DNA of 64,000 bases from Convolutriloba macropyga (lineage: Eukaryota). Shown here piece by piece: positions 52,240 through 62,539 of the stretch. The notes beneath the pieces were generated by a model. That model worked only from the letters and a program-made list of their open reading frames with translations, was not told the origin of the DNA and searched no databases. The DNA lies in NCBI RefSeq assembly GCF_964194025.1, contig NC_134482.1, forward strand, positions 1,240,001-1,304,000, in the 5' to 3' direction. Positions within the stretch are counted from its first letter, which is position 1, and each line of letters starts with the position of its first letter. A program made the position numbers and the translations under genes.

Positions 52240-52628
52240 TCCAACAAGTGATAAATTTTTGAGTTGAAAACTTTAATATACAAACAAAAAAGAATTCCTG
52301 TCAGATGTCCAGTGAAACAACTATTAAGATTACAGGGAGGCATGTACGAGTAGCCGGGTCCTTCATTGTAGAGCTCCTGGATGAAACCACCAGCGTCATG
52401 CAAAATTGCGTGTAATCGTAGATTTTTGGAGTTGTTTGGGTACGAATCTAAAGAAGAGTTATCTATTCCAATAAGTCCTCCGTATGGTTGAAGTTTCAAA
52501 GAATTATCATAATCAAAGATTTCCTTTGGACTGAAGTATTCACTTGCTGCTAAGAAGTAGTTCAGTCTTACTGAATTATTTGGGTATGTTGTGGCTAATA
52601 ACAAATACTTCTCATGAATGTCTAACAA
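52233..52628 (-). CDS. Phospholipase A2-like protein
   Basis: PYGGLIG.DN...LRLHAILHDAGG..GPGYSY; HD dyad following a Gly-rich loop. Confidence 0.5.
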   Translation of the reverse strand: MLDIHEKYLLLATTYPNNSVRLNYFLAASEYFSPKEIFDYDNSLKLQPYGGLIGIDNSSLDSYPNNSKNLRLHAILHDAGGFIQELYNEGPGYSYMPPCNLNSCFTGHLTGILFCLYIKVFNSKIYHLLEC

Positions 52629-53958
52629 TATCTACAAACATTTGGTTTATCAAGATGCAATGGGAGTTAGATTGAAGCCGACTGAAACGTTTAAAAAAGG
52701 AACGTTTCTTTTTTGGAGAAATCAAATCAATCTAATTCATAGAGGAAGAGATTGCAAAACTATTTGACTCCTGGAGTTGAAAGCGTTCAGAGTAATTAGA
52801 TAGTTTTTCATATTTTCCTACATATTTCGGAAAACTGTAGCACTTTCATACAAACTGTCATTCATTAGAAAGTCAGCAACACCAAAAACAAATTTGCCTA
52901 TTATTTCAGTTTCATAGAACCAATGTGAACATAAGGTACTGTAGCAACAATAACAACCAAATTAAAAGGTTCTATATTGATTCTAAAAATAGCTTTGCGG
53001 AAAGATAAGAGTTTTTGGAGAATACTCTAATAGTTTCAAATCTGTGTTTATTTTAGATAAGGAGAGCACATGTTGCTTAAAACTGCAGACATTGAAGAAA
53101 TTATACCCTTGACCATGTGCATTAATCTCTGTAGATCATAAACTTTTTGGCAGTAGGCATTTGTATTCGATTTTTCGCTCAAACCAGATTCTTTCAATAC
53201 TTTATATATAAACTATTCATATTCTGTCTCATTTGCTGACAATTATATTGATATTTTTTGCTCTTTGATAATTCTTGTTAATAAAAACTGTTCAGATTAC
53301 ATCACCAGTAATTAACTCAATTTTTATTCCGTATTCTTTTAAAAGTCCTTTAACATTTTTTTGGTATATTTTCCAGTCTTCAACAAGTTATTCAAGTCCA
53401 TTTACACGTGTGCAAACAGAAGGAGTTATCACTGACTTCTTACAATGTTTCCCATTGCAATCATACTAAAAAAAATCTTCTACCAGTAGTCGAACAATTG
53501 CGTACGAGACTTTAAGAAAAGAAAATATTGTGATCGTTCAGCAAGAGTATCAATGTAAAGAATGGAAAACTGTGAAACACATAGCATTGCCTGTTGTTAC
53601 TTTCGATTTCATTCAATCTGTTAGATTTGAAAAAGCTTCACTTAAGGGAGCTCAATATACTCTGGAATTTGTAGCATGTTATACTCGTAAGTTTATATTT
53701 GAGAGATGACATACTCGCGTTCTGAGAGATGACATTAGAAAAATTTTCTGTGATTACGATGTTCAAGAAATACCTATCTACGACAATCAGGAAGAGTTTT
53801 GGCAGAAATTGGAACTCATTGAAAACTTTTGGAAAATCCCTGCTTTTATTGAAAGTCCAGATTCAACGATCAACTTAAAAAACTCGATAACCTGTACAGT
53901 AATTACAGCAAGTGTAATCAAAACACCCGAATGCAGTAGGCTTGTGGCAACCAACGGT

Positions 53959-55341
53959 CTTGAGACACTGCCTGTCAGCTCATATCTTGCTCCAAAAAAC
54001 GTAAACTCTAATTGAGTCTCTTAATATCTCAAACAGTTATAATCTTGTGAGTTGCATTTGCTCAACCTCAATAAACTACTAATATTGCAATAAAATATTG
54101 TCTGTTGATTTTTTAATGTCTTGATTGTTTGTTGGTTTCTCTCTAGTTTTCTCTCATTTGATTGTTAAAAGTATCTTCTGAGAAAAGTTTCAAGATGATA
54201 TATTCAATATGTTTTCCCGGTAGTACTCAAGTTTTTGTCCAAATAAATTATATCTGTTAGGTAAAGCGCAAGACATAAAAAGATGATTTACTTCCTTAAT
54301 ATCTCTGTATTGTTTAAGTAGAGTAACAAGTGTTCACACAAACAGCTACAAAACGTCTTTCTGAGAAGAGACAAAGAAGGAACAATCGTCAATCTCTGAC
54401 ATACTTTGTTTACAAATCAAACTCTGAAACTCAAACAAATTCTTATAACTTTGCCCTATTGCTATACAAGTACCGTGTTAAACTGTAATAACAAAACCAC
54501 CCAATGCAGACAGTTGAACATGTAAAATTACTCAAAAATACTTCATTGACACTCTCGAACGATCTGTCTCCCAATCACAATCGAATACGACGACTACTCG
54601 TGTAAAATGACCTTCGGCAGTGACTTTAGTAGTTAGTCATAGTATACATATAATTCTAAAAATAGATTGGTGACACAGACAGTTCTACCAACAGCACAGG
54701 CACAGCAGCAACCACTCACTTCCTTGCCTATTACTATATTTTGTTCTCATGCATGATCAAATAAGGGGTTAAAAGAGGATTTGACTTAAAGAATACCATA
54801 TACACTCAACAATTTGTTTTCGACTAGTTGATGAGCCTTGATTGATGACAATGTTGATTAATCTTTTGATATATTTTTAATACCATGTAAAATGATGTCC
54901 ACTTTAAGACTTGAAACCCGGTGCAAAATGTATTTCAAACAATTTTAACACTTCAAAATTTTCGTATTTTCCCAAACTTTTTCCCAAAATTTTTTTGATG
55001 ACGAGGCTCACCAGGTAAAATGAAGTCTACACAAAATCGTCTTTGAGTCCTGAAAACCAGCGCAAAATGCATTTCACGCAATTTTTATAATTCAAAACTT
55101 TTTCAATTTTTCCAAAATTTTTTAAAGTTTTTTTTCGATGAAGAGGCTCACCAGATAAGATGAAGTCAACAAAAAATCGTCTTTGAGACCTGAAACCCAG
55201 TGCAAAAAGCACTTCACGCAATTTTAAAACTTTGAAATTTAATGTTTTTTCAAATTTTTTCCAAAAAAAATCACTGATGAGGCTGACCTGGGCTGATTAC
55301 AAAATGACAACCACTAAAACAGCAGTGAAACTTCCCGACTA
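53959..55341 (-). repeat. Right terminal inverted repeat region
   Basis: Reverse complement of 42418-43619; three ~125-bp subterminal units. Confidence 0.92.
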
Positions 55342-55359
55342 ACAACAAGAACCAGTCAA

Positions 55360-58300
55360 ATTTTTCATCAATGTTGAATTTTGCAAGTCAGCTTTGAAGC
55401 CTATTTATTCAACAACTTGTACTAACCGTTTGAGAAAAGAAGCAAAAGATACAAAATTCTGTTTGTTGTAATCATTGTTCGGATGCCAGGCTTCCAGCCG
55501 ATTGATGAAAGTGTTCAGAAAAACGCTGGGATCTTCAAAAAGATCCATAAGCTCTTTCAAAGTAACCGCGTAGTTAGCTGGGTCACACGAGTCAGCTTGA
55601 ATTATTTCCTTGGCTTTTCCTACGACCGAGTTCTGTAAGTATGTTGTACGGTGTGTATCCGTAAGGCTAGTATTATTTTGGACTAGGTAGAAAAATTGTT
55701 TATCCACTAATGGTATTTCAGTGGGTTTCCATTGAAATTGGATACTGTTATTGGTGGAAGTTTAATGGACTTTTTGTTTGTAATTTGTAAATTAAAATTG
55801 TTTTCAATTTACACCTGGGCTCACCTGGCTCACTTGGGCTGATTACAAAATGGGAACCACTATAACAGCAGTGATACTTCAAACGGGACTGTTTCTGTTT
55901 GTAATTCAGTTCGTGGCTGAAATATTTGCTTTCCCGGAAAAGACCAATTCGGAACTTGTTTAGAGTTTCCCGAAACGTTTGGTTGGCTAAAATGTAGAGC
56001 AATGGGGGATGGATGGCTGTTTGGTAATTTGTAAATGGATTTTCCGGAGTAAAGGGTAAATTAGGTGACTGTGATGATGTACAGCAAACAAGTTTGGTAC
56101 CTTGGCTGTTGAGTGTTGTATTGGAGGCTTGGAGGTTGTATTGGTGTTGAGGCTCATAACAAAGACATTGATTGAAACCGTCTTAAAATTACGGTCTCTT
56201 CAACCAATTCTCTATTATCCGGCGCAAAATTTCCGGTGGTTTCGAAGATCTTGGAGGCACTGGAGGGGAGACAACGCTGGTAAGGTTCTTTACTGTCATG
56301 TTTTTATGCTCTGAATTTTGGGAAACCAGTGTCAATTGCTGCGAATTGAGTTGTGTTCGTGATGTCTATAGGACGCAGCTAATGTCATTTTGTACTCGAG
56401 TTGACGATTGGCTCAATTGACCATAATCGTCGAGACTGTTGAATTGTAATTCCAGCTTCTCAAGATGAGAGATTAATTTCGATTTTCGTTTCATTTCTGA
56501 GTTTATGCTACTAGAGCATACTTTTTCCATCATGATTCCATCGATGTTTGTCTTCAGCTCTTCAACGCTTTCCTTGATTTTGTTGATCAATAAACAAAGA
56601 GTGCGGAAGTTTTTTCTCTGCTCAACGGAAGTCTGTAGGAGATAAAGCTGATTTTTCATGTTCAGTCCTTTTGAACTTGTTCAGCGCGTATTCTAACTTG
56701 TGGCTGTTTTCTTTTGTCGTCTTGATGAAAAGGTTGCAGGCGACTTGTAAATGTTCTGTCTTATGTAAAGTAAAGTTAAAAAATTGGCTGGAGCTTAACG
56801 GAGCGACGACCTTTTTGGAAATAAAAAATCTCTTATGTTTATGTAGGCTAATCAGCCTAGCTACTTTCGTTCAAAAAAACGAGGCAACTTTTCACAAAAA
56901 TAAGAGTCCTAAATGAGGTTTTCTGTGATGCTAAATCTAGCTAAAAATTTGCGGTTGATTTTTTGAATTGATTTTTTGAACAAGACCAAATAATTGCTTT
57001 AAATTGTTTTTTGAGTTTTGTTTTATTATTACATATATGGTTTCTGAATCGTTATTGTACAAACAATAACTGATTTTTAATCGCAATAAACGTACCGAAA
57101 CAATTAAAATTAAGTGGGTCTCTTTCTTTCTCGTTAAGTCTTAAGAACGAACAAAAACAAAAAAGAACAAGGAAAATTAAGTCTAATTTGCTACGTCTGT
57201 GGAAACAAAAAATGGGAATTCAAATTAGGGTGCGACTAGGCAACGTGAGCTACAGACACGCAGAGAAGACTGGTTGTTTAAGAGCTGGCGCTAGTTTGAA
57301 TCTTTTTTCCAAAACTGTCGAATTCTTTACAATTTTTTTGAAGTTGAAGACTGCTACCATCAAATTGCTTCTGTTTGTTTTTCTTCAGTTTGGTAACGTC
57401 TGCTACCTATGATTTGCTCATCTTCACTTTGGTGACTACTAGTATGTTATACGGTGTGTATCCGTAAGGCTAGTATTATTTTGGACTAGGTAGAAAAATT
57501 GTTTATCCACTAATGGTATTTCAGTGGGTTTCCATTGAAATTTGATACTGTTATTGGTGGAAGTTTAATGGACTTTTTGTTTGTAATTTGTAAATTAAAA
57601 TTGTTTTCAATTTACACCTGGGCTCAACTGGCTCACTTGGGCTGATTACAAAATGGGAACCACTATAACAGCAGTGATACTTCAAACGGGATTGTTTCTG
57701 TTTGTATTTCAGTTCGTGGCTGAAATATTTGCTTTCCCGGAAAAGACCAATTCGGAACTTGTTTAGAGTTTCCCGAAACGTTTGGTTGGCTAAAATGTAG
57801 AGCAATGGGGGATGGATGGCTGTTTGGTAGTTTGTAAATGGATTTTCCGGAGTAAAGGGTAAATAAGGTGACCGTGTTGATGTACAGCAAACATGTTTGG
57901 TACCTTGGCTGTTGAGTGTTGTATTGGAGGGGAAAAATTCCATCGTTTGGTTCTTGCCCTTGATTTCCATTGCTAAAATGAACTCCAGTTGGGTAATGTG
58001 GATTCTGAAATTGTTGAGAAATGCTTGTTTGCGCTAATATGGGTAAGGATATTGCTGACGCCAATTTCCCGCTGTTCTGTCTTTCACTTATTTGAACAGC
58101 TGCAAATTGAGTTTTTGAAACCGTTTGTGCAGTTGAACTTCGATTGTTGTTAAATTGCAGGGGATTGTGACGAACGTTTTTGTAACAATATGGATTTGGC
58201 GTGGTTTCATTTGTCACTCAATTTGATCTTTTTTTTTGAGTGAAATTGACGCTGAAGCATTTGCTCATTTAAATTGCATGAACTTGACGTTTGGTATGTA

Positions 58301-59380
58301 TTGGTTTTGTTAACTGAGCAGTTATCTTGAAATGAGTTTTGTAAATCAAACGCAAGACGTTGTAAGCTTTGATCTTTTCTTTTGTTATTTAAATGAACAG
58401 AAAACTTTTTTTTCGTTTAACTGTGGCACTTGCTGTTTGATTCGTTGGAATATTGGGCAATGTGATCAACTTTGAACTAGAGAACTAGTTCATTTCTCCA
58501 ATTGATGGGTGAATTAGTTCCGGCTGGTTATCAATAGATGCAACAGGAAATAAGACTGCAGTTTGATTCAATTGATTGGAGGGTTGTTGAATTGAAGCGA
58601 ACTAGTTGAAAGTGTTCTCTTGTTCTCTGAGAACAACATTGTGTTCTGGGGATTGAGGATTACTCAAAACAAATCTGTCTTGATTGTTTGCTCTGGATAA
58701 CTAACAGAGCTGATGCTGGTGTTGAGGCTCATAACAAAGACATTGATTGAAACCGTCTTAAAATTACGGTCTCTTCAACCAATTCTCTATTATCCGGCGC
58801 AAAATTTCCGGTGGTTTCGAAGATCTTGGAGGCACTGGAGGGGAGACAACGCTGCTAAGGTTCTTTACTGTCATGTTTTTATGCTCTGAATTTTGGGAAA
58901 CCAGTGTCAATTGCTGCGAATTGAGTTGTGTTCGTGATGTCTATAGGACGCAGCTAATGTCATTTTGTACTCGAGTTGACGATTGGCTCAATTGACCATA
59001 ATCGTCGAGACTGTTGAATTGTAATTCCAGCTTCTCAAGATGAGAGATTAATTTCGATTTTCGTTTCATTTCTGAGTTTATGCTACTAGAGCATACTTTT
59101 TCCATCATGATTCCATCGATGTTTGTCTTCAGCTCTTCAACGCTTTCCTTGATTTTGTTGATCAATAAACAAAGAGTGCGGAAGTTTTTTCTCTGCTCAA
59201 CGGAAGTCTGTAGGAGATAAAGCTGATTTTTCATGTTCAGTCCTTTTGAACTTGTTCAGCGCGTATTCTAACTTGTGGCTGTTTTCTTTTGTCGTCTTGA
59301 TGAAAAGGTTGCAGGCGACTTGTAAATGTTCTGTCTTATGTAAAGTAAAGTTAAAAAACGGCTGGAGCTTAACGGAGCGA
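55360..59380 (-). pseudogene. BEL/Pao gag (DUF1759-like), partly duplicated and decayed
   Basis: SIKLPPITVS.FNGNPLKY..W, TYLQNSVVGKAKEII, Y..LKELM..FEDP; upstream N/Q/S-rich and coiled-coil-like segments. Confidence 0.8.
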
Positions 59381-60014
59381 CGACTTTTTTGGAAATAAAA
59401 AATCTCTTATGTTTATGTAGGCTAATCAGCCTAGCTACTTTCGTTCAAAAAAACGAGGCAACTTTTCACAAAAATAAGAGTCCTAAATGAGGTTTTCTGT
59501 GATGCTAAATCTAGCTAAAAATTTGCGGTTGATTTTTTGAATTGATTTTTTGAACAAGACCAAATAATTGCTTTAAATTGTTTTTTGAGTTTTGTTTTAT
59601 TATTACATATATGGTTTCTGAATCGTTATTGTACAAACAATAACTGATTTTTAATCGCAATAAACGTACCGAAACAATTAAAATTAAGTGGGTCTCTTTC
59701 TTTCTCGTTAAGTCTTAAGAACGAACAAAAACAAAAAAGAACAAGGAAAATTAAGTCTAATTTGCTACGTCTGTGGAAACAAAAAATGGGAATTCAAATT
59801 AGGGTGCGACTAGGCAACGTGAGCTACAGACACGCAGAGAAGACTGGTTGTTTAAGAGCTGGCGCTAGTTTGAATCTTTTTTCCAAAACTGTCGAATTCT
59901 TTACAATTTTTTTGAAGTTGAAGACTGCTACCATCAAATTGCTTCTGTTTGTTTTTCTTCAGTTTGGTAACGTCTGCTACCTATGATTTGCTCATCTTCA
60001 CTTTGGTGACTACT
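55638..60014. repeat. Near-identical tandem duplication (55638-57440 and 57441-60014)
   Basis: Identical ORFs at 56366 and 58941 and at 57188 and 59762; the left copy lacks ~790 bp (57930-58716). Confidence 0.95.
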
Positions 60015-60699
60015 GAGACCCAAAAGAACACACTTCTCGTCAATTGGTGACTACTGAGACAAAAAAAAGAAAAGGGACTTCTTTCGACAACTTCTGACAC
60101 CGCGGATATAATTAAAAAAAAAGAGTTATGTTTTGACAGCGTTTAAAACAACTCAAGATAGCGAATAATTTACGGGGAGTTGTGAACGTTTTCTCTTTCT
60201 ATTGTTTATTGGCAAAACAGACCTTTTCCTCTTGTTTTATGTGTTTTTGTTCAAAAACTGCTCTTGGAAATTCTCTTGTTTTTGCTGCAACTATTGTTTA
60301 AAACAGATGTTTACTCTGCTTCGTGGAAGCGTTTTTTTTAGATGAAATGTCAGATTTGTGTCTGGCTGTGTTTTCAATGAGAACAATTAAAAACTGTTTT
60401 CATTCATTTCTTTTACTTTTCTAGGAACTTTTGCAATTTCTGTTTTTTTCAGACACTGTTCTGCTATTTTCACGAAACATTCTTGTGAGTTTTTTTTCAA
60501 TTGGGCAAAGTATTGAGACAATTTGCAAGTTTTTGTAATTCCGGGAAGCCTTTTTTCAAAGGGAAACGTTTCAAAGTTTCTTGGAATTTTTTGCTGTAAA
60601 GGCAAGAAAAAAAATAAATTTCGCGAAATAGTTTTTACTGCCGCATAATGTGCGTTTTTCAAGGGAACTGAATGGATAAATTGATATAAAGTCGGGAAG

Positions 60700-61290
60700 T
60701 CCAACAGAAAATTCAAAAATCAGAAACATTTTTTGAAAGTACTAACTTAAAAAAATTATTTTGGCGTTTTTCTGCTTTTCAAAATGTCGTTATAACTAAA
60801 ATGTAGAAACAAATTGAATCATTTTTTTTACAACGAGACAAACCCAGTTAGATGGTCAATTTTGCGAGACCATAAATTTTTCTGTGTCGAAATTCAGAAA
60901 ACGTTTTTTTGAATTTATTAATTTAGAAAACGTTTTTTGCGTTTTTCTGCTTCTCGAAAACTAGTTGTGACAAAGTCGTGGAAATAATTGATTGCGTTTT
61001 TTTACAACTGTACAGGCTTAATTAGAGGTTCAGATTTGCAATTCATTAAATTTTTTCTTTCGAAAGTCGGAAAACGCTTTTCGAATTTATCAATTTAGAA
61101 AACGTAGCTTTGCGTTTTTCTGTTTTTCGAGAACCAGTTGTGAGGAAAAGGTGGGGATAATTGGATGCATTTTTTGTTACAATTGGACGAGCTTAATTAG
61201 AGCGTCCGATTTGTAAGTCGATTAATTTTTGTGTCGAAAGTCGGAAAAAGTTTTCTCATTATTTAAATTCAGAAAACGTTTTTTAATTTT
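60700..61290. repeat. Degenerate ~175-bp tandem repeat in the retrotransposon 5' leader
   Basis: Recurring agaaaacgttttt...gcgtttttctg motif near 60720, 60895, 61070 and 61245. Confidence 0.65.
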
Positions 61291-61733
61291 TTTCGTTATG
61301 TGTGCGTTTTAATGCCTTCTTTTTACTGAACTTTGTGATTACTAAACATGTGATTGCCAATTGTTATCCTAAATAACCCAAAAAGTGTTTTGGGGCACAA
61401 TTTTTTTGTTTTGAGATTTTTTGTCGAGAAAAATCTGCATTTTTTTAGAGAGGTGTAACCGGGAATGGGCCTTCAGAGACGACGTCTGAAACCTCGGGCA
61501 AACGTCTCCGGATGACGTCTGGAACCAAAAAAATGTCAGGCCTTCTTGGTCGGATGACGTCTGAAAACTCTTGAAAAAAAAGAACTCGTCATTGGTTGGC
61601 TCGTATGCAATTAAAACTCTTCCTCTGGGGTGACGTCGTAATCTTAGATATTAGTCCTGGGGTGTGCTCATGCCCCCTCTTTGTTTAAAAAAAACTGAAT
61701 TTTTTCAGAAGGTTTTATGTCCGTTTTATCAAA

Positions 61734-61747
61734 GCGGATGGTCGCCA
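61734..61747 (-). promoter_or_regulatory. Putative primer-binding site
   Basis: TGGCGACCATCCGC on the minus strand, 6 nt inside the 5' LTR. Confidence 0.6.
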
Positions 61748-61753
61748 AAATTA

Positions 61754-61905
61754 TGTTTTAAAACATTTTTCTAGTCAATTCTTTTTTTTCATCAGAGCAC
61801 GTCTAAGTTTCAAGTAGCTGCACAAAAGAGTCCGAGTTTTTGTTGCAATATTGGCGTTTCTTCTGAATCATCAAATTCTTGAAGATTGCAATAACATTGG
61901 CAACA
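61754..61905 (-). repeat. 5' LTR of the BEL/Pao element
   Basis: Similar to 38801-38948; followed by TSD GGATT. Confidence 0.85.
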
Positions 61906-61968
61906 GGATTTTTGAACCAAAAGATCAAGTCCGGATCAAGATTAGGTGATGAAATTTCGTATGAAATT

Positions 61969-62291
61969 CGGTGAGGTGCGGTGAATAAAAAATTCACCGC
62001 GTAATTCTCACATATTTTTGCGGAGAATTATTTGTTTTCACAGCGTTCTCGATAGCGGTGAATGATATTTTTTCACCGCCACATGCAACGAACAATATTT
62101 TTCTCCGGTGAAAAAAAATAATTCACCGCTACAGAGAACGCGGTGAAAAAAATGTTCATCGCCTTAAGCGGTGGGGAAAAAACTTCGCCGCCATCGAGAA
62201 CGCGATGAAAAAAATAATTCAACGCAATACAACGCATTCACCGCAAAAAGATGTAAGAGATACGCGGTGAAATTTTACAAAAATTCACCGT
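61969..62291. mobile_element. Foldback/MITE-like element built from gcggtga...tcaccgc palindromes
   Basis: ~55-bp imperfect TIRs (cggtgaat..ttcaccgcgta..acat.tttttgcgg.gaat) and many internal palindromic units. Confidence 0.7.
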
Positions 62292-62539
62292 GTCTTCCAT
62301 CAATTCCCGGCTAACACTTTACCTGAATCAGCGCTTGAGCCGATTTTTTGTCAAACGAGGCACCATCACACACCTCACTGTAGACAATATCTCTCAGCAA
62401 CAGTTTTTATTACTATTGAGCATTTTTACCCATTTTGTTTCATTAGTTAAGAGTTCAAAACAAAAACCGCAAATTTTGATCAATTTTCAATTTGAGCTTC
62501 TAACCAACAACGGTATTGCTGCTAACTTTGTTCCAAGTC

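Larger units (their letters stand above)
42418..55341. mobile_element. Polinton/Maverick (adintovirus-like) element, ~12.9 kb, with no recognisable pPolB
   Basis: Left end AGTAGT; long TIRs; integrase, ATPase, MCP, minor capsid and adenain genes. The right end is approximate and no TSD was found. Confidence 0.9.
38801..61905 (-). mobile_element. BEL/Pao LTR retrotransposon, decayed and interrupted by a Polinton-like element
   Basis: Direct terminal repeats TGTT...AACA at 38801-38948 and 61754-61905; 5-bp TSD GGATT at 38796-38800 and 61906-61910; BEL-type gag and pol between them. Confidence 0.9.

Noticed and set aside
61969-62291. CRISPR-like array of palindromic repeats
   Set aside because: Units are degenerate, irregularly spaced and arranged as a foldback; eukaryotic context and no cas genes.
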